Below, piece by piece: positions 19,301 through 27,870 of a DNA stretch of 46,008 bases. The notes below the pieces were generated by a model, which was given only the letters and a program-made list of their open reading frames with translations, ran no database searches and was not told the DNA's origin. The stretch comes from a virus (Duplodnaviria > Caudoviricetes), in the IMG/VR virus record IMGVR_UViG_3300002301_000027, positions 1-46,008 of that record; one strand, written 5' to 3'. The number at the start of each line of letters is the position of its first letter. The first letter of the stretch is position 1. The position numbers and the translations under genes are program-made.

Positions 19301-20761
19301 GGTACTTGGAAGCAGACAGCTCAGTCGTTCCAAGAGATGCATCCTCTTGCTAAGACTGACCAGCAGTACGCGACACAGACGAAAAATCCAATACCCTACG
19401 CCGACTACGGCCGAAGGACACTCTCTGCCGTAGACAACCTCATGCACAGCCTGATGATGAACAGCGACTACTACGGTGCCGCCGTCCGTGACGGGTTGAA
19501 TAAAGGGTTGAAAGGTCCCAAGCTTGCAGACCACGTCGACATGCTTGTCCACAACCCTACACCAGACATGGTGAAAAACGCCAACAGCTACGCGTCTGAT
19601 CTATCCTTGATTGGTAAGTCAGACGGTCCTATGGCGCAGGCTATTCAGGCTATTACTAGGGCGCCTCTTCCTGAACAATTCGTTCGGAGAGGAGTTCGGT
19701 TCGCAGTCATGAATGCCATTCCGTGGATGAGGGTACCAGCTAACGCCGTCAGGACTATGCTGGAAAGCAACCTCTTGACGACATGGTTCTCTAGGAACAC
19801 GCAGGCGGCCTTTTCACAAGGCGGCTCGTCCATCGCTCGACAGACTGCTCTTGCTAAGGCAGCGGTAGGGACGGCTCTCGGGGCTTACTTCATGGACCAA
19901 TACGACAAGGGTAACCTACGTCGTAATCCCGTGACATTTGGTCTGGAGTATAAGTCAGGTGGTCAGTGGAACTCAATGAGGGGTATGGACCCTCTCGTTG
20001 CAGTCATTGCCCCTGCGATGGCTATGCATGACGCACTGAAAGGCGCTAAGGACAAAGACCCTGCGCAGGCCTTTGCGGGAATCCTGAATGGTTTCTCTGG
20101 TGCTGTCATGACGGAAGGGTTTGGGACGCAACTCTCAGACCTAATGGATGCGATGACTCCGGGTAATCCAAATGCCCAGAAGCGTCTCCTCCTGAACCAG
20201 ACCAAGACTCTCGTCCCCGCCCTCGGTAGGGACATAGTCCACGCCACCGACCCTGTCGTCCATGACGTATCGAGTACAAGTACAGTTCCCGGACCTAACG
20301 GTAAACCCCGTGAGACCAGTAACTGGACGAGAGAGATGCTCAACAACATGGAGGCTAACGTCCCCGGGTTGTCTACTCGTCTTCCTGCAAAGCTCGACGT
20401 CAACGGACAACCCATCGCTCGTCACGAGAATATCACTGGGCTGTTTGATCAGACTCCTGTCGATACCGATCCGGTAAACGCAGAACTCGATAGACTAGAG
20501 AAGGTCAACGGCAAGCCCGTCATTGGTAGAGCCAAAGTCCTCTCTACAGAAGGACAAGCAGAAGCGGGCAAGCAAGCCCACGACGCCGTCTCTCAAATGA
20601 TACAGTCTCCGGTGTGGGATAAAATACCCGACAGCAAGAAGATCCAACTAATCTCGAAACAGTACTCACATGCTCGCTCGACTTATAGGAAGATCGATAA
20701 GGCAAATCAACCTCAAACCCAATCACAGACCGTCCCTGACGACATAGTCTGGTCAAACTAA
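16373..20761 (+). CDS. Large ejection / polyvalent protein with a zincin-like motif
   Basis: 1462 aa; ILYHEVSGH...EEYLA; helical C-terminal half; PxDIxW repeats. Confidence 0.7.
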   Translation: MDTPNDIVWDDAPAPTPVAPVTAPAVPNDIVWGNPSPAAPVSSVPNDIEWGAPQAPTAVNIPQPLFDQRRVQDVQDTDPEHQAYLDPNQIQQQNAAYADMYAAGQSKNLDSSAAAAAIKAKYPILQSADPKTIQWYIDHYRQGGKTFPDFTVAGDKGLTVTGKQAPVTTAQAIAQPVADFYTGVGEGFDTLHDSAGKAIIRGIAALKGGDAPEKAEADIKDLEDSYADQNYTNPTGWGRFSGNLVGSGVTFAPAVEAAPFAEMGAGGQIVDTALQGAGIGAASSGGKDVAANTALGALTGTALHTGLGGLTTGVGLVKANIPEGLASHFNGDGSFAGLKRAVFGTDNPKVTAQTFEPEFVSPEAPYSANRAEHLANIKAAVDDVTGGWDNSPDFNIIGSTRNLTNAQRAEIRQGGARTGDVQAWLGADGKVNVIANNIDNPSQIPAILYHEVSGHIGLNKQFGDGLDDLLQRVYDTNWRARQYANDYVENNPNVYKDDPSGPHVRATEEYLASQQEQGPQTLNNWEKVKQYVRDFGRNQLGMDLRYNDTDVKTILQQAHTAATGDSGRVSLNGGRFMYAGKSSAGDTVPIKPTADNTHVDRLSDDDYTGTYHPVNIRDPKTGEVVSAGRAYVDPETGAYQGSTLMHPLTKEVHTVDPETSSLIESKLPSANKELGTPETFTRYDGKPGEIPVTTYTTDEAERLINQRLNPDDSPRFSLRRNGTESLSRMGQDIASAVRDEQKTVQTWEESKRLAENMGLTPSKLFKTKVFDAKPETALAISKVVDDLVGKSSSLEERVARGTNTEKDLENQTRVLYQAVQALQILEGHKTDLGRSTNILNAIKDIPYDQLKDIDIGRLSDPEYVKAVTFKLNEYRNKPQARAAILRGIGEKLPEDVITGMHYDLMLSGLDTQSRNIFGQTTNLLADMLVSKPIGKVFGETNNALKAITGVGEKSETMSMREYGARWGGIMRSLSDLGTWKQTAQSFQEMHPLAKTDQQYATQTKNPIPYADYGRRTLSAVDNLMHSLMMNSDYYGAAVRDGLNKGLKGPKLADHVDMLVHNPTPDMVKNANSYASDLSLIGKSDGPMAQAIQAITRAPLPEQFVRRGVRFAVMNAIPWMRVPANAVRTMLESNLLTTWFSRNTQAAFSQGGSSIARQTALAKAAVGTALGAYFMDQYDKGNLRRNPVTFGLEYKSGGQWNSMRGMDPLVAVIAPAMAMHDALKGAKDKDPAQAFAGILNGFSGAVMTEGFGTQLSDLMDAMTPGNPNAQKRLLLNQTKTLVPALGRDIVHATDPVVHDVSSTSTVPGPNGKPRETSNWTREMLNNMEANVPGLSTRLPAKLDVNGQPIARHENITGLFDQTPVDTDPVNAELDRLEKVNGKPVIGRAKVLSTEGQAEAGKQAHDAVSQMIQSPVWDKIPDSKKIQLISKQYSHARSTYRKIDKANQPQTQSQTVPDDIVWSN

Positions 20762-20769
20762 GGAACAAG

Positions 20770-21000
20770 ATGTCCGACTCACCACAACTCATACTGTCTG
20801 TTCCAGAACGATTGGCTGTCCTAGAAACCAAGATCGAACATCTCGTAGAACAACACGAAATGGTTCTTGAGAAGCTTGAAACTCTACTCGAGTTTAAACA
20901 CAAAGGCCTAGGTGCGCTAGGTTTTGCCTCAGCCATAGTAGGATCGTCTCTACTCGGAGCGATCGTGCTATTCATAGATTGGATGAAAGGTCACCAATGA
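20770..21000 (+). CDS. Coiled-coil protein with C-terminal TM segment (holin-like)
   Basis: ERLAVLETKIE coiled coil followed by a hydrophobic segment. Confidence 0.55.
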   Translation: MSDSPQLILSVPERLAVLETKIEHLVEQHEMVLEKLETLLEFKHKGLGALGFASAIVGSSLLGAIVLFIDWMKGHQ

Positions 21001-21164
21001 CTGTAATTAATTACATCAAAGATCGTCTAGACGAGAGGAGCACTTACCTGTTCGTTGTGTCGTCTCTTGGAAGTGTTGCCGCACTAGACCACCCATTCAA
21101 TTATATCGGAGGCGTGTTGCTACTTCTAGCGGCACTCGTACCGGACAATACCAAGTCTGCATAA
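20997..21164 (+). CDS. Small two-TM membrane protein (holin-like)
   Basis: RLDERSTY motif followed by two hydrophobic stretches; ATGA overlap. Confidence 0.55.
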   Translation: MTVINYIKDRLDERSTYLFVVSSLGSVAALDHPFNYIGGVLLLLAALVPDNTKSA

Positions 21165-21205
21165 AAAGAAACCCTCGGTAGCAATTAAGCCGCCGAGGGT
21201 TTTTT
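21163..21205. terminator. Bidirectional rho-independent terminator between the convergent arms
   Basis: AAAAAG-AAACCCTCGG...CCGAGGG-TTTTTT, with an A-run on one side and a T-run on the other. Confidence 0.9.
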
Positions 21206-21215
21206 CATGTCTTAC

Positions 21216-21653
21216 TCAGACGTCGTATTTTTTAAGACCGCTTCCGTCAATGATCCTGACGAGGAGATCGCCGTAATTAGGATCAGTAGCATACACCCCA
21301 GTCAAGGCGTGGGCGGCAGCCTCAGGTGTCTTCGCGTCGAGACAGGCCGCGTATCTCTTGTCTGTAGCAAGTAGTTCTGCGTGGGCAGAGAAGGCGTCTG
21401 AGACACTGTCGAAGTCTCGGAACTTAGCCGTCACTTCGTACCGCTGTCCCTTGGAGTTGACTTCGTGTGTCACGACTTCCGTCCCGGGTTGTGTCGCCGT
21501 CGCCTTGATCCCGAAGGGATTGTTCTTTCCCGACATCTTCGTTCCCCAAGCTGACTCCAAGCCATACTGGGCTAGGGAAAGAGACGCGAAGATCTTCCAT
21601 TGACGTTGACTTGCTTGTGCCGCCGTCACGATTTCCTGACTTAACTGTACCAT
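21216..21653 (-). CDS. Endolysin, GH73 glucosaminidase/FlgJ-like
   Basis: Motifs AQYGLESAWG, NNPFGIKA and YATDPNY. Confidence 0.9.
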   Translation of the reverse strand: MVQLSQEIVTAAQASQRQWKIFASLSLAQYGLESAWGTKMSGKNNPFGIKATATQPGTEVVTHEVNSKGQRYEVTAKFRDFDSVSDAFSAHAELLATDKRYAACLDAKTPEAAAHALTGVYATDPNYGDLLVRIIDGSGLKKYDV

Positions 21654-22128
21654 TGTTCTCTATATTCTCCCAGTTCAACTGGGTCTGATTGTACCATTGC
21701 TGCCAACCCACCGCGACGTCATAAGCCGTGAGGCAGGCCTCTGCCGACGACTCGTCTACTGTGAAGGTAGCAGGAGTGGGCGGCTGAGATGCTGTTGCAG
21801 GACTGGTGGGGCTGGAGGAAATGCCGGACACGCCGCCGCCGGAGGGGCGACGCGGACTGTTTCGCAGCCCGGCAAGATCAGTAGCAATCCCAGAAGAGAC
21901 GGAAGACTGAATAGTTGAATTACTCGCATTATCGACATTCCTGATTGCTGTCGTTACTGTCTTTGTTTGTGCGTTTGTTGCCGTAACCGCAGACACACAC
22001 TGTATCTTTGAGTTCATCTCGTATTTTATAACGAGCGCCTCCGATCCGGACGTGACTAGGAGTGCTGCAACGGCAACCGCTAGGTCTTTTTCCAGAGGGG
22101 AGGTCAGTAGGGTAAGTGGATTGATCAT
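21424..22128 (-). CDS. Inner-membrane spanin (Rz-like)
   Basis: N-terminal TM segment, periplasmic body, and an embedded lipoprotein ORF. Confidence 0.55.
   Translation of the reverse strand: MINPLTLLTSPLEKDLAVAVAALLVTSGSEALVIKYEMNSKIQCVSAVTATNAQTKTVTTAIRNVDNASNSTIQSSVSSGIATDLAGLRNSPRRPSGGGVSGISSSPTSPATASQPPTPATFTVDESSAEACLTAYDVAVGWQQWYNQTQLNWENIENNGTVKSGNRDGGTSKSTSMEDLRVSFPSPVWLGVSLGNEDVGKEQSLRDQGDGDTTRDGSRDTRSQLQGTAVRSDG
21756..21929 (-). CDS. Outer-membrane lipoprotein spanin (Rz1-like), embedded gene
   Basis: Signal peptide with lipobox LPG-C and a Pro-rich mature part; alternate frame within the Rz-like gene. Confidence 0.7.
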   Translation of the reverse strand: MRVIQLFSLPSLLGLLLILPGCETVRVAPPAAACPAFPPAPPVLQQHLSRPLLLPSQ

Positions 22129-22367
22129 AGGACAAAAGTGCCTGCTTTCATTAGGGACCAGTAGACATCTGCCCTAGTCTGTACCCAGTCGCCCCAACCA
22201 AAGATCTCGAAGGAGTAAGTCTCCTCGTCTATCTCGAATTGAACTGCAATTGTACAGCCCTTGGCGTTAGGCAGTTGGCCTGTCTCGATGTCGTCTGCAA
22301 GCTTCCGCAAAAGCTCTGGTATCGGTGGTTGTTCTTCTATTGGGACCAAGTTGATGATATCAGCCAT
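22125..22367 (-). CDS. Hypothetical protein
   Basis: Starts MADIINLV; overlaps the RNR stop and abuts the spanin start. Confidence 0.6.
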   Translation of the reverse strand: MADIINLVPIEEQPPIPELLRKLADDIETGQLPNAKGCTIAVQFEIDEETYSFEIFGWGDWVQTRADVYWSLMKAGTFVL

Positions 22368-24270
22368 CGATGTTAACCACGTCACACTGGCCTGAAACGC
22401 AGGCAAACTCTTGAGATCCTGTCGTCCTGTCCTCGGTTTCGTACATCCGCATGTCGCTCCAATCTATTTCTGGGAGAGGATGTTTGACTAGCCAGTCGTT
22501 GTATTCTTCTTCCGTAATTTCCTGATAAGGTGCCTGCTTATACGTACCGCCGTCATAGGGTAGAAAACTAACACCGCTAAGGTCATCAAAGTTGTCATAT
22601 ACCCACGCCCCTACTCCCATCCATTCGTCTTCTTTGACACTGATAGTCACGGAAGGTTTGTGCTCACACCAATGATCTTGTAGGTTCTTCCAGACGTTCA
22701 ACGCTTGTATCGCTGTCTGGTCATTCCTCGTCATCGCCGTCTCTGGTGATTGCTTCGGAAAGTAAAAGACCGTAGTTGTGTCTTCCTTACCAAAAGCTGG
22801 TTCAGAGTAAACCCCTGCGTCCTTCAAGAACTGGGTCAGCGGGTCTTTGTTGTCGCCACGTACCGTACGAAGATAGTACCTACTATGACGGGTATGAAGA
22901 CCAGAGGCAGAATCCACAAGTTGCGACACAGTTCCACTAGGCTTGACACAAGTAATAGCAGCAGCAGGATTGATACCAAGGCGTCCAGCCCATTCCAGAT
23001 TCGTCTCGATGGCAACGTCTTTCAACTCCTTCAACCAGTCGAGTGAACCACGGAGATGTGGATGATCCATGACACCAGTGAGCGATACTCCGAGTAGACG
23101 CTCCTCCTCACACTGCTTCTGCCAGATCTTTCTCAAGTATTTGAAGTCTGTGAAGGTCGCTTGGATTGTTCCAAGAATCGATGCAATTCGTACCTTACGT
23201 CGGAGCTCATCCAGTCCGTCTGTAGGTCGAACGACGACTTCGGTAAGGTTACAGAATTGGAAGGGTCTAAGGATAATTTCACTGCAAGGATTTGTGCCAA
23301 ACTCAAATGTACTGTCACGACGTCCATTTCGTGCAGCAATTTGCTGGCAAGCGTAACGGCTGAAGATTCCGGGCTCTCCAGATTTGCTGTCATATAACTC
23401 TCTCCATTTCTTCATAAAGAATGACGGGTCGGGACGGCGGGACTCATAGACGGCAGAGTTATTGGCGAGGGCACGATGCCCGTCCTTCTCCCACCACGCG
23501 CCTGACTTACTCTTACTCATCCTGTCGTCGGTGACGTCGAATAGTGAGATCATGGCCGAACGTCGGACACCTCCTACTACGACTGTGTCACCTATTTTAC
23601 AGAGGATGTCATGGCATTCTAGTGAAGTGAGGCGGCGCCCCGCTGCTCCTCTAAATACTGTAATACAGAACCGAAAGAGATCCTCGAGAGGACCGGGTCC
23701 TGAAGCACGGCCACCAAAAGTCTTAAGGCGTTCTCCGGCAGGTCGAACTCCACTCGTGTCCCATCTTGGAATCTGACCAGCAATAAGGAGGGAGATGATT
23801 TCACGAAGGGACTTAGCCCATCCCTCTTTGCTATCGGCGACTCGGATGACTGTGTCTGTCGTCTCGAACGTCTCAGAGATGCGAGGAAGCTCATTCGTGT
23901 ACTTGCTTTCAACTGAGTATCCAACACCTGTCCCACACATCAAGATATAGAACGTCTCGTCAAACGAACGAGGACTGTCTACGGGGAGATAGGCACAGTT
24001 ATATCCTGCGACGTTACTCCTCTCGAGGGCAGGTCCGGCAGTCATCAACGCTCGCATCGAAGGGAGGACTTCGAGGTTATAGATGGCATTACCGAGTTCG
24101 ATAGCTTCGTAGCCTTTCATCGAAGCCTTTTCTTGGTAAAAGTGTAGAAGACGATTAACTGTTTCGTCCCAGTTCTCTCGCCGACCGTCTTCCTCCCGCC
24201 ATCGAGCGTAACGACTTTTGTAAATAAACTCTTCGTAAACACTCGGAAATGGATTGGGTTTATTCGTCAA
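22360..24270 (-). CDS. nrdJ: Class II (adenosylcobalamin-dependent) ribonucleotide reductase
   Basis: Motifs TNPCSEI, CNLTEV and TCVKPSGT; C-terminal CxxxxC; no beta subunit gene present. Confidence 0.92.
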   Translation of the reverse strand: MTNKPNPFPSVYEEFIYKSRYARWREEDGRRENWDETVNRLLHFYQEKASMKGYEAIELGNAIYNLEVLPSMRALMTAGPALERSNVAGYNCAYLPVDSPRSFDETFYILMCGTGVGYSVESKYTNELPRISETFETTDTVIRVADSKEGWAKSLREIISLLIAGQIPRWDTSGVRPAGERLKTFGGRASGPGPLEDLFRFCITVFRGAAGRRLTSLECHDILCKIGDTVVVGGVRRSAMISLFDVTDDRMSKSKSGAWWEKDGHRALANNSAVYESRRPDPSFFMKKWRELYDSKSGEPGIFSRYACQQIAARNGRRDSTFEFGTNPCSEIILRPFQFCNLTEVVVRPTDGLDELRRKVRIASILGTIQATFTDFKYLRKIWQKQCEEERLLGVSLTGVMDHPHLRGSLDWLKELKDVAIETNLEWAGRLGINPAAAITCVKPSGTVSQLVDSASGLHTRHSRYYLRTVRGDNKDPLTQFLKDAGVYSEPAFGKEDTTTVFYFPKQSPETAMTRNDQTAIQALNVWKNLQDHWCEHKPSVTISVKEDEWMGVGAWVYDNFDDLSGVSFLPYDGGTYKQAPYQEITEEEYNDWLVKHPLPEIDWSDMRMYETEDRTTGSQEFACVSGQCDVVNIDG

Positions 24271-24421
24271 GATAATACTCTTCCAATACGCTGTAGTCGA
24301 TGAGACCTTCTTGAAGAAGGAAGCTGATGATGGCGTCGGCTTGATGGGGATAGATGTCGACTTCGTCGAGAATGTCCAAGGCTAGTTCATTCCGTAGATG
24401 TTCAGTCTGCTTCTTGCTCAT
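24260..24421 (-). CDS. Hypothetical protein
   Basis: Starts MSKKQ with an AAGGA RBS; tightly packed with neighbours. Confidence 0.6.
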   Translation of the reverse strand: MSKKQTEHLRNELALDILDEVDIYPHQADAIISFLLQEGLIDYSVLEEYYLDE

Positions 24422-24527
24422 ACGATACTTCCTTAGGCTTACGTTTCCAAACGTCACGTTGCTCGTGATTCTCTCGACGCCGCTGTCGTCGTTCTTTCTC
24501 GTCGTAACTCTTGATACCCTTGCTCAT
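24402..24527 (-). CDS. Small basic hypothetical protein
   Basis: Starts MSKGIKSY; ATGA overlap with the upstream gene. Confidence 0.45.
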   Translation of the reverse strand: MSKGIKSYDEKERRQRRRENHEQRDVWKRKPKEVSYEQEAD

Positions 24528-24898
24528 TCGTAGATGATCTGATAGTCTGGGTAGTGACGCTTCATCGCTACGGCTACGGCGTGTTCTCCCCGGGCACCGG
24601 GGGAGTTCTCCCAACCCGAAAGCATATAAATCGCATCAGACTTGATGACCTTGTCTACATCCCAGAGATAGACTTCACGAAAGTCGAATCCACCTTCTTG
24701 TGCAAGGACGGGATCGCCGTTGGCACGGGAGGCTTCTGAGAGCGTCTCGCCTTCCTTGTCGGCGGGGTTCCAGACTTTCCAACCTGCGTACTTCAACTCT
24801 TCCGCTGCGCCGTTAAACGCAGGGAAGTTAAAGTCGGGTAGTCCGGACATAGGCCCTGCAAGGTAGATGCTTTTTTGTTTAGATTCAGACGTCGCCAT
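24524..24898 (-). CDS. DUF4406 / nucleoside 2-deoxyribosyltransferase-like protein
   Basis: Motifs IYLAGPMSGLPDFNFPAF, NPA and GWENSPGARGE. Confidence 0.8.
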   Translation of the reverse strand: MATSESKQKSIYLAGPMSGLPDFNFPAFNGAAEELKYAGWKVWNPADKEGETLSEASRANGDPVLAQEGGFDFREVYLWDVDKVIKSDAIYMLSGWENSPGARGEHAVAVAMKRHYPDYQIIYE

Positions 24899-25133
24899 TT
24901 TCTTGGATCTTCTTGTCTTCATAGGGAGCGATTTTACGACGATACAACTCGAGCTTGCAACCTTCGAGGGCGCCGAGTATGTCGTTATAACTCTGGTAGC
25001 TCTCACCGTTATCGACGAGGTACTCGTGGACTACACCAGTCAGGACGTAGTTCAACTCGCCGGGGTTAGAGACTTTCCTGTCGTCGTCATTCCAGAGTTC
25101 GTGTCGGTCAGCTTGTTTGATGTACGGCATCAC
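24885..25133 (-). CDS. Conserved phage hypothetical protein
   Basis: Pattern MPYIK..NPGELNY...KLELYRR..APYED.KI.ENGDV. Confidence 0.75.
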   Translation of the reverse strand: MMPYIKQADRHELWNDDDRKVSNPGELNYVLTGVVHEYLVDNGESYQSYNDILGALEGCKLELYRRKIAPYEDKKIQENGDV

Positions 25134-25464
25134 GTTCTTTCAAGAGTAGTTCGAGACGGGCAAGGGCATTCCATGCGACGTGCTGTGCGTGAAGGAGTCG
25201 ACTATCTGGATCGACCATCTGACCTTCACCTTCGTAGGAGAGATGGCGAGCGAGGCCGTCGGTATACCTAATGAAACCGTCAGGTACATTCTCCCAACCC
25301 TTCCAAGCATACTTAGTCGCTCCGAAGAGGGAGACGTCTGCTACTGCCCTCAAAGCCTTAGGGAAGTACCCTAGACAGCCTCGGAAGAGGGGAGACTTCC
25401 CGGCGTCATATTTTACTGCTCCTGTTAGAATTGATTCGATTGGGTCATTAGTTGTCTCAATCAT
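25108..25464 (-). CDS. dATP/dGTP diphosphohydrolase-domain protein (DUF5664-like)
   Basis: Motifs KYDAGK, GATKY..W and RHL...DPDS.L.H..H.AWNAL. Confidence 0.8.
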   Translation of the reverse strand: MIETTNDPIESILTGAVKYDAGKSPLFRGCLGYFPKALRAVADVSLFGATKYAWKGWENVPDGFIRYTDGLARHLSYEGEGQMVDPDSRLLHAQHVAWNALARLELLLKERDAVHQTS

Positions 25465-25663
25465 TGGAGATATTCTTGAGCATTTCTTCAAAGTCCTCAC
25501 GAGAAAGCATCGTCGCAGTGACGTCGCCTTGTCCTCCCAACCAGAAGTAGAAGTCGCCTGTCTGCTCGTCTACTTGGAGATCAGCGGCAGTGTCTTGCTC
25601 TTCTTCACCAAGCCAAAACATATTCATTTGTTCTTCAATCAAGGAATTCATCTTCCAATTCAT
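25457..25663 (-). CDS. Acidic hypothetical protein
   Basis: Packed ORF in the replication arm. Confidence 0.5.
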   Translation of the reverse strand: MNWKMNSLIEEQMNMFWLGEEEQDTAADLQVDEQTGDFYFWLGGQGDVTATMLSREDFEEMLKNISND

Positions 25664-25814
25664 CGAGGGTATCTATGACGCGTTCCCGAAAAGCCTCGAT
25701 AATCTCTTCGGTCGTAATCCCGAGGTACTCTACAAGTTCCCAACCAAAGAGTCGGTCTGAGAGCCGTGTAAGGATGTCTTCTGTTGCAGCTACTGGACGG
25801 ATACCGTCAGTCAT
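25635..25814 (-). CDS. Hypothetical protein
   Basis: Starts MTDGIRP with an AGGA RBS; motif ELVEYLGITTEEIIEAF. Confidence 0.6.
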   Translation of the reverse strand: MTDGIRPVAATEDILTRLSDRLFGWELVEYLGITTEEIIEAFRERVIDTLDELEDEFLD

Positions 25815-26520
25815 GCTTGGTCCTCTTCCCATCGGACCAACTACCGCACTGCTGACACTGGATACGTTGGACTTTAAAGAGCTTTGTCCGACGATAGCCG
25901 CGTGACTGGAGATTCTCAGAATGACAGACAGGACAGGACAGTCCACTCGTCTTACCAAGTGTCGGATGGTTAGTGATATAAGGAGCGAGGCGTTTATAGA
26001 GCTTCTCTAGGAGGACACTGTCTTGTCGACAGTACTTTTCCATGACTCGCTGGGCTTTTACGTCTCCTGCTAGGACGTCTTTCCAGAGCGAGAAACCTTG
26101 GTGTTTGACTTTCGACCCGACTCCAAGGAGTGGTCCGACGAACGCGAGTTTGCTAGAGTCGTAACCCATTCTTCGTACGGTTTTGAAGACGTCAATCGAT
26201 GTGAGTGGAGGCGTTGGAGCCATCTTATGCTTGAGGAATTCTCCCCGAAGCTTTGGAAGGTCGAACCTGTCTCCGTTATAGGTACAGACGGCGTCGCATT
26301 CCGAAAGAAGTCGATGAGCCTGACGAAGCATTTCTTCATGGCCGTCTCCCCAGTCTGAGTAAAAGTAAACCTCTTTCTCTCCTAGGTACTTGGCCGAGAA
26401 ACAAATCATGGCGCCTTCTTCTTTGATCTGTTCGATCCCGATATTCTCTTTGAATAGACGCCAGCCATAGGCTAGGTACGGCCTAGTCTCAATGTCTAGG
26501 AATAGTATTTTACTTGACAA
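25807..26520 (-). CDS. RNase H-fold 3'-5' exonuclease with C-terminal Zn ribbon
   Basis: Motifs LDIET, YNGDRFD and YCRQD; CPVC...CQQC. Confidence 0.85.
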   Translation of the reverse strand: MSSKILFLDIETRPYLAYGWRLFKENIGIEQIKEEGAMICFSAKYLGEKEVYFYSDWGDGHEEMLRQAHRLLSECDAVCTYNGDRFDLPKLRGEFLKHKMAPTPPLTSIDVFKTVRRMGYDSSKLAFVGPLLGVGSKVKHQGFSLWKDVLAGDVKAQRVMEKYCRQDSVLLEKLYKRLAPYITNHPTLGKTSGLSCPVCHSENLQSRGYRRTKLFKVQRIQCQQCGSWSDGKRTKHD

Positions 26521-26830
26521 TCTTTTTCTTCTTTTTCTTGGGGACGAACCAGCCGGTGTGGCGGGAGACATACTCAGCCATTACTCGTAGAAGCTCCGGG
26601 TCTCGATGTCTTCCAATGACTCTGTGATTACAGTAGTTGCACAGGAGTCCGCGAATTTCCCCGGTGACGTGGTCATGGTCCACGGCCAGCCTTGTGTTAA
26701 AGTGTTCGGCGGGTTTGTTACATATTGCGCAACAGCCTCGCTGAAAGTCGAGAAGCTCCATGTACGAAGTATTAGTGATTCCGTAAGTTCGCCGTAAGTA
26801 GCTGTCACGTTTCTTCTCCTCCGGTGTCAC
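26510..26830 (-). CDS. Recombination endonuclease VII
   Basis: CAIC...LAVDHDH.TG.IRGLLCNYCN. Confidence 0.9.
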   Translation of the reverse strand: MTPEEKKRDSYLRRTYGITNTSYMELLDFQRGCCAICNKPAEHFNTRLAVDHDHVTGEIRGLLCNYCNHRVIGRHRDPELLRVMAEYVSRHTGWFVPKKKKKKIVK

Positions 26831-27657
26831 AGGACTTCCGGAACGTCAGGTAGGCGCGATACAGTAGTGAGCCATCGTGGTCCATTACCATACAGGAAAA
26901 GCCTAGCGGTTGGCCAGCAGCCTGCCTTGTGCCCGCAGTACGAGCAAGGCGTCGCAAGCTTTTCATTGCCAGACTTCCCGTCCGCGACAGGGGAGTAACA
27001 AGGAGGTGGTAGTTCGCCATCGAGGACTTCCTTTTGGTGTCTGATCTTCTCGGCGGGCTTATTGTCAGCGATGACGTGACGAGGTAGTCGGGTAAGACAA
27101 AGAGCACCGGAGACCTTGTCCATAGCCAGCCAAGCCGCGTCTTCCCCGGGTGTTAGTACGTCGGCATAGCCAGAGAGTTGGGCGACGTATCCGAACGGAT
27201 CGTCTTCAAAGATCTTACCCTTCGAGAACTTCTCGAAACCAATAGGAGAAGCCGACTTTACGTCTACGACTACGCCGTCTATCTTTGCGTCGATGTGTCC
27301 TTTAACCCCGTCGACTTCGACTTCAGCCTGCTCCATCTCGACGGAGTGCCCGGCTTCTTTGACGAGGAAGAGGAGGAGTTGTTCTATGACGTCGCCGTAC
27401 AAGAACTTGAAGAAGGTCTTTGAGGAGAGTTCTTCTTTTTCGTCACCCCGGTTGTCGAGGTAAACCTGCCTGTCTGGTTTCCCGAGAGAAGAAAAGCGGA
27501 GACCGCCTTCTCGTGGGTCCGGAGAACGGAGCCGTTGACGAAGGAGTTCTTTTAAATTCTCTGTGAACTCGGAAAGATTTTCCTCGGAAGGGGTATGGTT
27601 CTGTTTAGGATCGAAAAGCGAATAGACGTCGTCTATGACTGTGTCAAGCTCCTTCAA
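26827..27657 (-). CDS. PD-(D/E)xK (Cas4-like) exonuclease
   Basis: GHID...DVKSAS, QL.GY, C-terminal C..CSYC..C. Confidence 0.8.
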   Translation of the reverse strand: MKELDTVIDDVYSLFDPKQNHTPSEENLSEFTENLKELLRQRLRSPDPREGGLRFSSLGKPDRQVYLDNRGDEKEELSSKTFFKFLYGDVIEQLLLFLVKEAGHSVEMEQAEVEVDGVKGHIDAKIDGVVVDVKSASPIGFEKFSKGKIFEDDPFGYVAQLSGYADVLTPGEDAAWLAMDKVSGALCLTRLPRHVIADNKPAEKIRHQKEVLDGELPPPCYSPVADGKSGNEKLATPCSYCGHKAGCWPTARLFLYGNGPRWLTTVSRLPDVPEVL

Positions 27658-27866
27658 GCTTTCATCCTCTCGACTTTTTCGATCGTGTCTCGTACGTCGT
27701 CATACTGCTGCGTCTCGACAACGAACGACTTGACTGACGTCCCGAGGTTCTTAATTGCGAAGTCCAGTATCTTCCGATCAACCGACTCAGCGTCGTCCAT
27801 CTCGATGACTGCCCGACAGGTTTGTCTGACTGTGGCGTTACGTACAAATTCTACTTCCAATTTCAT
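27654..27866 (-). CDS. Hypothetical protein
   Basis: GAGGA RBS and ATGA overlap with the downstream gene. Confidence 0.65.
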   Translation of the reverse strand: MKLEVEFVRNATVRQTCRAVIEMDDAESVDRKILDFAIKNLGTSVKSFVVETQQYDDVRDTIEKVERMKA

Positions 27867-27870
27867 TATG

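Noticed and set aside
25108-25464. Diaminopurine (Z) genome system
   Set aside because: No PurZ/adenylosuccinate synthetase-like ORF was found; DUF5664-like genes alone do not establish it.
26827-27657. Cas4-like nuclease as a sign of CRISPR
   Set aside because: No repeat-spacer array or other cas genes; stand-alone Cas4-like exonucleases are common in phage replication modules.
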